Assembly (NCBI GenBank): GCA_035341015.1
Contig: DAOQUL010000003.1
Span: forward strand, 10,350 to 74,349
Direction: 5' to 3'
Origin: Anaerolineales bacterium
GTDB taxonomy: Bacteria > Chloroflexota > Anaerolineae > Anaerolineales > UBA4823
DNA: 64,000 bases
Shown: one piece after another, positions 11,301 through 17,082 of the stretch
Position numbering within the stretch: the first letter of the stretch is position 1
Layout: the number at the start of each line of letters is the position of its first letter
Position numbers and translations under genes: made by a program
Notes under the pieces: generated by a model
Told to the model about the DNA's origin: nothing
The model's input: the letters and a program-made list of their open reading frames with translations, nothing else
The model's database searches: none

Positions 11301-12881
11301 GAGGCCATCAGCGCAGAGCACAGCCTGATCATGCTGGTGCGTCCGGATGATGAAATGCTGTACCTGCGGGCTTCGCTGGGCTATACGGCCCCGCCGCCCA
11401 AGGGTGGCAAGGCTTCTTCCATCCGGCCGAACGAAGGGTTGGCGGGTTGGGTTTTGGTCAACCGGCAGGCCACGATGGTGCCAGATCTGCTGGAGGATGA
11501 GCGCTGGCTGCATAAATCGGAACAGCCTAACCAGCACCGCAGCGCCCTGGCTGTGCCGTTGATGATGGGTGAAGAAAGCCTGGGCGTGCTGATGCTTTAC
11601 CACCGCCAGCCGAACCGTTTTGACGGCGGGCAGCTTGACCTGGTGACGGCAACCGCCAAGCAGATTGCTGTGGCGATCAATAACGCCCAGTTGTATAACC
11701 TGATCCGCAACCAGGCTGAGCAGTTGGGCGATATGTTGCGCACGCAGCACATTGAGACCAGCCGCTCGCAGGCTATCTTGGAAGCCGTGGCAGATGGTGT
11801 GCTGGTGACGGATGCAAACCGGGAGATCACCCTGTTCAACATCTCGGCTGAGCGCATCTTGGGGTTGGACCGCTTTGATGTGTTGGGCCGCAGTTTGGAG
11901 CATTTCATCGGTTTGTTTGGTAAGGCCGGGCAAACCTGGGTTAAGACCATTCGCACCTGGTCAGATGATCCCATGTCGTACCGCTCGGGCGAGTCTTACG
12001 CAGAGCAGATCGAGCTGGATAACCGCCGGGTCGTGGCGGTGCACCTCTCGCCGGTGCTGTTGCGCAACGACTTCTTGGGGACGGTGTCGATCTTCAGAGA
12101 TATTACCCACATGGTTGAGGTGGACCGCTTGAAGTCGGAATTTGTGGCGACGGTGAGCCATGAGCTGCGCACGCCGATGACCTCGATCAAGGGGTACGTG
12201 GAGATCATGTTGATGGGGGCAGCGGGCAAGCTGAGCGAACAGCAGGAACACTTCTTGCAGGTGGTCAAGTCAAACACCGAGCGCCTGGCGATCCTGGTCA
12301 ACGATCTACTGGATATCTCGCGCATCGAGGCGGGGCGGGTGTCGCTCTCCTTCCAGCCTTTGGACCTGCACAAGATCACCCAGCAAGCGGTTGAGACGAT
12401 CACCCAGCGCATGAAGGACGAGAGCCGCCCGATGAAGGTGGAGACCGACCTGGCGCCCGATCTGCCGGTGGCTTACGGCGACGAGGAACGGGTGCAGCAG
12501 ATCTTAGATAACCTGGTGGAGAACGCGTACCAATACACCCCTGAGGGAGGCCAAATCCTGATCCGGGTGCACCAGGTGGAAAATGATGTTCAGTTTGATG
12601 TGAAGGACAATGGGATTGGTATTTTACCAGAAGACCAGCCGCGGGTGTTTGAGCGCTTCTTCCGCGGGGAGGACCCCCTGGTGCTGGCAACCTCGGGCAC
12701 GGGGTTGGGGCTTTCGATCGTCCAGCACCTGGTTGAGATGCACCGCGGGCGCATCTGGTTTGAGAGTGCGGGTGTGCCGGGGATGGGAACGGTCTTTTCA
12801 TTTGCTATACCGATCTACACTGATGAAGACGCTGTTGAGCCGGTTGATGTACAGGGACGCGACGATGACATCATCCAATAA
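5316..12881 (+). CDS. Giant sensor histidine kinase (2521 aa): TM - PAS-like - 11 tandem GAF - PAS - HisKA - HATPase_c
   Basis: One N-terminal hydrophobic helix (aa 14-36). There are eleven repeats, each ending in a GAF C-terminal helix of the form Q-hydrophobic-A-x-A-hydrophobic-x-N-A-x-L-[FY] (for example QAAVALHNAILFQ, QAATVIENATLV, QLAAAVEKSTLY ... QIAVAINNAQLY), spanning about aa 165-2130 (nt 5808-11705). PAS at about aa 2150-2265. H-box SHELRTP with His2282 at nt 12159-12161. N, G1 and G2 boxes are present (DNLVENAYQYT, DNGIGI, GTGLGLSIV). Confidence 0.9.
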   Translation: MGFVLHMFGSDSLTFGVTVVILALALAGVALLFLRVVPRILALQQPPSSSLLTIDIPASDDAVLLVEIGGRVRYTNPVARDWLGYGDEEPNLERLARRTRPSDLFLGLCGSEGQARFSLDGRFVEGTSYFVPPSNGKSGAYLVSLRRPQVTAITNGEADASEHTLHIFAELSQTMASSLDLETTLYAILESVERLIPSDFPEITVWDAAKKNLQPFHFIGMPGVDRRLEETQERYAPDKGYSGYLVTERKPLLINDVDSFREVRPSVVRKQYPFNSYMGVPLVVANELVGTLELASLGKQAFNESDLEVLRVLSGQAAVALHNAILFQGEQRRILELSGLAKLAQATGLVRDTQDFFARLIEGIEPLVDAHTIGFLTYDESKRRLQAQAPFKGIPVEFVALYEVPIPPGSPAEDVLLAQEMIVAPQATEDERLVALDLAHLAQAAGIQNTILMPLTSVGRFLGYLQVADKRDGQPFNQDDLRVLTIVAGQAATVIENATLVRQSQERAQRSEAMRRIASLTGSVATVDEILSFSLRELLHLLRADAGAIFLLDENRAELRVHKESLHGIEAETVGRMGRISMNDPDFRLTVTATQRPFFSDDLSEEAMPMQTYANIATAFGMKSAIIVPIVIREHGIGELMLGSRSKDFFDRSDLILISTTASQLAAAVEKSTLYTQTDESLRRRVEQLLALTRVSRELNTNLKLESLLQLVYDELLHTTQAGCGTISLFELQDRSTGKPRLLLSLGDPAETELSHLEQLVLTKEEPIIVDDYDHPDEALGSDVKPPHEGIRSSLVVPIAYQDDLAGLIHLHSRTVGHFDMTALDITQALATQASIAIGNAIRFQEQKRRNELLNQRVETMSKLVEASQVLSPDQPLEDALEAIAYGIQDSTPFNVVLISVYNAEGNNLIRVAGAGLPLATMEEFRSRPQPWASIKEMLDPQFKYDYAYFIPFEKRPVTPTDLHSVTVLPLDESSVSNEQAWHPKDFLLIPLFTKGERPLGMISVDAPRTGLRPDRPTIETLGVFASQAALTIESHQELRRLEEQARELQNETARARQALEASQTYVPVLMHKDLEQTIAIQGLNQRGRRIQAALDIAELINRQASRDDVLLTLGREVLTRMDLDMVLVGEISAGGPHLLYTLGALSSPGLNVESLLGQRNPLRSALQGGEIILVSNVEESADWKSSPLLASLEAKAFVSLPILVNEQVDAALLGVSRSMMNPPTAEDQHLYNLLCRQAAISLENLRLLTETNRRLQEVNLLLEFSRQLGTLDSASVLRTLVESALQVVPNAHAGMVALWQAEQDALVVQAASGYIDNNRILEIPYKAGQALPGQAFERGEAMRVDEVDFARDYNLPSEYLLIYRDATEGRLPVSSLLVPIQTGDNKLGVLVLDNFKASSAFTVEDQALIASLARQTALTLENVRLYQASEQRAVQLLALTQVAGTITSSLQTTDLINSLLDQAKNILPYDTGTLWLRQGDKLTVRAARGFEDSEQRIGLSVAVADSLLLKEMVNTSQPLCVGDVREDPRFPSLIEHQYLSWLGVPLISQGEVVGVIALEKTEPDFYGPEHIASAVTFAGQAAVGLVNANLYEESVRRAAELDERTQRLSLLNRLSAELSGSLDVEYIVSVAIGELARAVPCTMVSGVLFDTDERAMVLAETPQVAVKYPVALPENEVYSRIRESLGVYSVEDVTEESLLASLKAFFKKRSTRALLILPLVTGNYLHGMMWIQADKPYRYDADEVETALTIANQVVVAIQNARLFAETERLFAETQQRSEELGTLFDMGVNITQVLDQQKLIDTTFENTIRLLKADSVGLVMTGDTENLVIRALDQGEKVGPMAIPRSGNSFSEYVLQNGEPLVIRDMDTERETLPVKGYTIGSPVKSWLGVPLTVRGTTNGVLSVHAYHPHAFGDAQSQLLSQVGNQLAVALDNARLFETVQTYAADLAKRVSERTQELEIEHNRTQTLLNIITELSASLDLDLVLNRTLAVLNEAISAEHSLIMLVRPDDEMLYLRASLGYTAPPPKGGKASSIRPNEGLAGWVLVNRQATMVPDLLEDERWLHKSEQPNQHRSALAVPLMMGEESLGVLMLYHRQPNRFDGGQLDLVTATAKQIAVAINNAQLYNLIRNQAEQLGDMLRTQHIETSRSQAILEAVADGVLVTDANREITLFNISAERILGLDRFDVLGRSLEHFIGLFGKAGQTWVKTIRTWSDDPMSYRSGESYAEQIELDNRRVVAVHLSPVLLRNDFLGTVSIFRDITHMVEVDRLKSEFVATVSHELRTPMTSIKGYVEIMLMGAAGKLSEQQEHFLQVVKSNTERLAILVNDLLDISRIEAGRVSLSFQPLDLHKITQQAVETITQRMKDESRPMKVETDLAPDLPVAYGDEERVQQILDNLVENAYQYTPEGGQILIRVHQVENDVQFDVKDNGIGILPEDQPRVFERFFRGEDPLVLATSGTGLGLSIVQHLVEMHRGRIWFESAGVPGMGTVFSFAIPIYTDEDAVEPVDVQGRDDDIIQ

Positions 12882-12910
12882 ACACTCACGGCAGGATGGT
12901 AGAGGGAAAA

Positions 12911-13294
12911 ATGGCGAAAATATTGATTGCTGAAGATGAACGCGACATCCGGGATTTGATCACCTTTACGCTGCGTTTTGCGGGCTATGAGGTGGTGCCG
13001 ACGGCGAACGGTGAAGAGGCTTACCTGACGGCCAAGGATATGGAGCAAAAGCCAGACCTGATCATGATGGACGTGCGCATGCCCAGGATGACTGGCTATG
13101 AGGCTTGCAAGGCGATGAAGGCCGAGCCATCGATCGCGGGCATCCCGGTGGTGTTCCTGTCTGCAAAGGGGCAGGAATCAGAGGTCAACACAGGGATGGA
13201 CGTGGGCGCGGATGAGTACATTTTGAAGCCGTTTTCGCCCGATCAATTAATGGATCGGGTGAAGACGATCCTTAAAAAATACGGCAAGGGATAG
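12911..13294 (+). CDS. Stand-alone receiver-domain response regulator
   Basis: MAKILIAEDERD..., acceptor Asp in LIMMDVRMP, KPF motif. GAGGG Shine-Dalgarno sequence just upstream of ATG 12911; the ORF track start at 12896 is less likely. Confidence 0.85.
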   Translation: MAKILIAEDERDIRDLITFTLRFAGYEVVPTANGEEAYLTAKDMEQKPDLIMMDVRMPRMTGYEACKAMKAEPSIAGIPVVFLSAKGQESEVNTGMDVGADEYILKPFSPDQLMDRVKTILKKYGKG

Positions 13295-13304
13295 TGAGTG
13301 GCCA

Positions 13305-14093
13305 ATGAGCATCGTTACACTGGATGGTGAAATAATCCATTATGAGGTGCTGGGGCGGGGCCGGCCGTTGTTCTTTTTGCACGGCTGGGTTGGCTCTTGG
13401 CGCTATTGGATTCCGACCATGCAGGCAGCTTCGATTACCTACCGGGCGTATGCCATCGATATGTGGGGGTTTGGCGATACGGCGAAGCGCGCAGAGCGCT
13501 ATACGCTCGAACAGCAGGTGAAACTGTTAGACAGTTTCATGGAGGCGCTGGGTATTGCGAAGATTGCCATTGTGGGGCACGGGTTGGGGGCGGTTGTGGG
13601 CCTGAACTTTGTGGTCAAGAATCCACAGTTGGTAGATCGGGCGCTGCTGACGGGATTCCCGTTGGGGAATTCGGCGGTGAGTGCGCGCTTGCGATCTGCG
13701 CCATTGCCCGAGCTGGTGGACTGGCTTTTGGGCAAGACGCCGGGCACCGACGCGGCGCGGGCAGAGGCCAATAAGACGGATCCACAGGCGGTGCGCGTGT
13801 CGCTGGATGATATGGACGCGCTCAACCTGCTGGACCAGACGATGCGCATGACTACGCCGTGCTTGTTTGTGCATGGGCAAAACGATCCGGCAGTAGAGGC
13901 GCCGCCGGTGGAGTTGTTGAACACATTGCCAGATAACACACATGAGGTGATCTTTGATGCGACGGGGCATTTCCCGATGCTGGACGATGCGAATAAGTTC
14001 AACCGTTTGCTGGCCGATTTCCTGTCGCTGCCTTCGGGGGTAAGCCCGCGCGACTTGCAGTTGAAGGAAGAGTGGAAGCGGCGGGTGAGGTAA
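13305..14093 (+). CDS. Alpha/beta-hydrolase-fold protein, paralog of 418-1326 with the nucleophile Ser replaced by Gly (probable pseudoenzyme)
   Basis: It aligns residue-for-residue with the first hydrolase (HGW at aa 26-28, GFG at 55-57), but the elbow reads GHGLGA. Gly93 is encoded by ggg at nt 13581-13583. The Asp (QND) and His (TGHF) positions are retained. Confidence 0.8.
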   Translation: MSIVTLDGEIIHYEVLGRGRPLFFLHGWVGSWRYWIPTMQAASITYRAYAIDMWGFGDTAKRAERYTLEQQVKLLDSFMEALGIAKIAIVGHGLGAVVGLNFVVKNPQLVDRALLTGFPLGNSAVSARLRSAPLPELVDWLLGKTPGTDAARAEANKTDPQAVRVSLDDMDALNLLDQTMRMTTPCLFVHGQNDPAVEAPPVELLNTLPDNTHEVIFDATGHFPMLDDANKFNRLLADFLSLPSGVSPRDLQLKEEWKRRVR

Positions 14094-14099
14094 CTATCC

Positions 14100-14128
14100 T
14101 TGACATGCTTACCGGTTGCGCTTATAAT
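14100..14128 (+). promoter_or_regulatory. Consensus sigma70-type promoter for tRNA-Asn
   Basis: TTGACA (14100-14105), a 17-nt spacer, then TATAAT (14123-14128), ending 23 nt upstream of the mature tRNA 5' end. Confidence 0.65.
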
Positions 14129-14151
14129 GGCGGTCGCTTGACGCAAAACAT

Positions 14152-14225
14152 TCCTCGATAGCTCAATTCGGCAGAGCGGGCGGCTGTTAACCGCTAGGTT
14201 CTAGGTTCGAGTCCTAGTCGAGGAG
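14152..14225 (+). tRNA. tRNA-Asn (anticodon GTT)
   Basis: Hand-folded cloverleaf: acceptor TCCTCGA/TCGAGGA, D stem GCTC/GAGC, anticodon stem GGCGG/CCGCT with loop CTGTTAA, T arm CTAGG-TTCGAGT-CCTAG, discriminator G. CCA is not encoded. Confidence 0.9.
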
Positions 14226-14250
14226 CCTGAGTACCTTAGTACATTAACAA

Positions 14251-14289
14251 CTCTCCACCTGATATCGGGTGGAGAGTTGTGTTTTCTCT
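14251..14289 (+). terminator. Rho-independent terminator after tRNA-Asn
   Basis: 9-bp stem CTCTCCACC / GGTGGAGAG (14251-14259 and 14268-14276) followed by a T-rich tract, ttgtgttttctct. Confidence 0.6.
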
Positions 14290-14701
14290 AGGTGAGGTGA
14301 AGCGCGTCGTAGTGGCTGTGGAAAGGTGGGGGGTGAATGACGCGCCGGTTGCAGCCTCTGATGTGTACCGCGCGGCGGTGAATACGGCGTTGGTTGTGCC
14401 GGCGCCGGGGGTATTGGCCAACGATGTGGATATTGATTCGATGGCACTGACGGCGATCCTGGACAGCCCGCCGTTGAGCGGAACACTACAGCTTGAAGTG
14501 AACGGGGCGTTCACGTACTGGCCTGACCCGGGCTTTACGGGCCAAGACGCGTTCACCTACCGGGCCTACGATGGAGGGCTGGAGTCGAACCCGGTCAGGG
14601 TGGAAATCTGGGTGCAGGATGACCAGCCCCAGAGCCGGTTTTACCTGCCGCTCGTCTTGGGAGGGCAGCGGCGCCCTGATGGCATCAGTGTCGGGGAATA
14701 A
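14279..14701 (+). CDS. Orphan single cadherin-like / bacterial Ig-like domain ORF, possibly a gene remnant
   Basis: NDAPVA...VPAPGVLANDVDIDS..LTA..DSPP.SGTL......GAFTYWPDPGFTGQDAFTYRAYDG matches the adhesin-type repeat pattern. The ORF has no signal peptide, uses a GTG start inside the terminator tail, and has no Shine-Dalgarno sequence. Confidence 0.35.
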   Translation: MFSLGEVKRVVVAVERWGVNDAPVAASDVYRAAVNTALVVPAPGVLANDVDIDSMALTAILDSPPLSGTLQLEVNGAFTYWPDPGFTGQDAFTYRAYDGGLESNPVRVEIWVQDDQPQSRFYLPLVLGGQRRPDGISVGE

Positions 14702-14818
14702 GGCTGGCATTTTTCGTGAATGGTGATGGGATTTCACGCATTCTCAGTTGCGTATTCCTATCATGTCGACTATACTCAGGCCTTGATCTATCGTCTATCC
14801 GGATCAAGGAGAATTTCT

Positions 14819-15508
14819 ATGCCAGATCTCAAATATATTTACCAGCACCAGGCTGAGCAGTACCAGCGGCTGGTGGCGCATGAGGATTGCCAGGGCAATT
14901 TGCTTCCGGCCATTGAGGCCATCATGCCGTTGGAAGGGCAGGATGTGGTTGAGACGGGGGCCGGCACCGGGCGGCTGACCATGTTGATGGCGCCGCTGGT
15001 GCGTTCGCTGCGCGCCTTTGATCTATCTGAGCAGATGCTGAAGGTGGCCCAGAAACGGGTGGAGGCGGCGGGCTTTTGCCATGTGCGCCTGGCGGCGGCC
15101 GATCACCGGCGTTTGCCGGTGGCAGAGGCCAGCGCGGACCTGGTGATTGCAGGCTGGAGCGTGTGCTACGTGGCGCTCGACAGCGGCCCGGATTGGCGGG
15201 CTGTGCTTAAACAGACGCTGCGAGATTTTCAGCGCTATTTGCGACCCGGGGGGAAGATCATTTTGATTGAAACGTTGGGCACGGGCTGCGAGCAGCCGCG
15301 GCGCATCCCGGTCTTGAGCGAGTACCTGGATGCCTTGGATGGGCTGGGCTTTGGTATGCGTTGGGTGCGCACCGATTATCATTTTGATGATGCCGGGCAG
15401 GCCCAGGAACTGGTGAGTTTCTTCTTTGGGGATGAGATGTTGTCCAATTTGCAAGGGGTCGTTTTGCCTGAGTGCACCGGCCTGTGGTGGTTAGAAAAGG
15501 AGCTCTGA
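14819..15508 (+). CDS. Class I SAM-dependent methyltransferase
   Basis: SAM-binding motif I VVETGAGTGRL. AAGGAG Shine-Dalgarno sequence at 14806-14811 upstream of ATG 14819; the ORF track start at 14720 is rejected. Confidence 0.8.
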   Translation: MPDLKYIYQHQAEQYQRLVAHEDCQGNLLPAIEAIMPLEGQDVVETGAGTGRLTMLMAPLVRSLRAFDLSEQMLKVAQKRVEAAGFCHVRLAAADHRRLPVAEASADLVIAGWSVCYVALDSGPDWRAVLKQTLRDFQRYLRPGGKIILIETLGTGCEQPRRIPVLSEYLDALDGLGFGMRWVRTDYHFDDAGQAQELVSFFFGDEMLSNLQGVVLPECTGLWWLEKEL

Positions 15509-15513
15509 TACGA

Positions 15514-17082
15514 ATGACGGATGATTTTTTGTGGTGGCAAGACGGGGTGATCTACCAGATTTACCCGCGCTCGTTTGCCGATTCAGATGGGGATGGGCTG
15601 GGCGACCTGCCGGGAATCATGGCGCGGTTGGATTATTTGCAAGAGCTGGGTGTGGACGCCATTTGGCTTTCGCCTTTTTATCCCACGCCCGATAAGGATT
15701 TTGGTTACGACATCAGCGATTACCAGGATGTGGACCCGCGCTTTGGCAGCCTGGCAGATTTTGACCGCCTGGTTGAAGAGGCGCACCGGCGCGGCATACG
15801 CCTGATCTTGGATATGGTATTGAACCACACCTCAGACCAGCATGCCTGGTTCCAGGAGGCGCGCCGCAGCCGGGATGACGCCCGCCGCGATTGGTACATC
15901 TGGCGCGACCAGCCCAACAACTGGCAGGCGGCTTTTGGCGGGCCGGCCTGGACGCTGGACCCGCTGACGGGGCAGTATTACCTGCACTCGTTCACCAAAG
16001 AACAGCCGGACTTGAATTGGCGCAACCCATTGGTGCGCCAGGCCCTGCTGGATGTCTTCCGCTTCTGGCTGGAACGCGGGGCAGATGGCTTCCGCCTGGA
16101 TGTGTTCAACGCCTATTTTAAGCACCCCCACTTGCCGGATAACCCGCGCAAGCTGGGTCTGCGCGGATTTGACCGCCAGCACCACATCTACGATATGGAT
16201 CAGCCGGAGATGATGCCGCTGTTGAATGAGCTGCGCCACCTGCTGGATACATACCCTGAGCGCTATGCGGTGGGCGAGACGTACATGGCAACGCCGCAAA
16301 AGACGGTCTCGTACTGCGGGCCCGATAAGCTGCACGCCGCCTTCAGCTTCGATTTTACGTCATCGAACTTGCTCTATCCCTGGAATGCGGTTTGGGTGCG
16401 GCAGAAGATTGAGGGGCGTGAGGATGTGTTTGGCGCGGCGGGCATTTGGCCGACGACGGTGATGAGCAACCATGATCTGCCGCGAGCCGCCAGCCGCTAC
16501 AGCCGTGGGGCAGGGGATGATGCACAGGCCCACATGGCAATGGCCCTGCTGCTTACCCTGCGGGGGACGCCCTTCATTTATTATGGGGAAGAGATTGGTA
16601 TGCGTGATATCGCTCTCAAGCGCAGCGAGATCTTAGACCCACCGGGAAAGAAGTTTTGGCCTTTCTATAAAGGGCGCGATGGCTGCCGGGCGCCGATGCA
16701 GTGGGATGCTTCGGCGCAGGCAGGATTTTCGACGGTCCAGCCGTGGCTGCCCCTGCACCCCGATTACCCGCTGCGCAATGTAGAGGCGCAGCGCGCCGAC
16801 CCAGGTTCGCTGTTCAACTTTACCAAGAAGCTGTTGGCCCTGCGCAAAGAGATGCCCGCACTGCGCCGCGGCGACCTGGTGTTCTTGGAAGATACGCCGC
16901 CCAGCGTGCTGGCTTACCGGCGTGAGACAGCCGGGGAAGAGGTGTTGGTGGCGATCAATTTTGGCCATTCTCCCGCCAGCTTCAGGCTTCCGGATGGAAA
17001 GTGGGAGGTGGTTTTGGCCAGCGGAACCCCTGAACCACCCGGCAGCCTGGGGCCGGGGCAGGTGTGTGTGATGACCAATTGA
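15514..17082 (+). CDS. GH13 alpha-glucosidase / oligo-1,6-glucosidase family
   Basis: WWQDGVIYQIYPRSFADSDGDGLGDL, DGFRLDV (nucleophile), VGETY (acid/base) and SNHDLPR. AAGGAG Shine-Dalgarno sequence before ATG 15514. Confidence 0.9.
   Translation: MTDDFLWWQDGVIYQIYPRSFADSDGDGLGDLPGIMARLDYLQELGVDAIWLSPFYPTPDKDFGYDISDYQDVDPRFGSLADFDRLVEEAHRRGIRLILDMVLNHTSDQHAWFQEARRSRDDARRDWYIWRDQPNNWQAAFGGPAWTLDPLTGQYYLHSFTKEQPDLNWRNPLVRQALLDVFRFWLERGADGFRLDVFNAYFKHPHLPDNPRKLGLRGFDRQHHIYDMDQPEMMPLLNELRHLLDTYPERYAVGETYMATPQKTVSYCGPDKLHAAFSFDFTSSNLLYPWNAVWVRQKIEGREDVFGAAGIWPTTVMSNHDLPRAASRYSRGAGDDAQAHMAMALLLTLRGTPFIYYGEEIGMRDIALKRSEILDPPGKKFWPFYKGRDGCRAPMQWDASAQAGFSTVQPWLPLHPDYPLRNVEAQRADPGSLFNFTKKLLALRKEMPALRRGDLVFLEDTPPSVLAYRRETAGEEVLVAINFGHSPASFRLPDGKWEVVLASGTPEPPGSLGPGQVCVMTN

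Noticed and set aside
14152-14225. tRNA-Asn, tRNA-Sec and tRNA-Leu loci examined as genomic-island integration sites.
   Set aside because: I found no integrase or recombinase gene and no direct repeat of a tRNA 3' end in the neighbouring sequence. Only the orphan adhesin-domain ORF next to tRNA-Asn hints at a past rearrangement.
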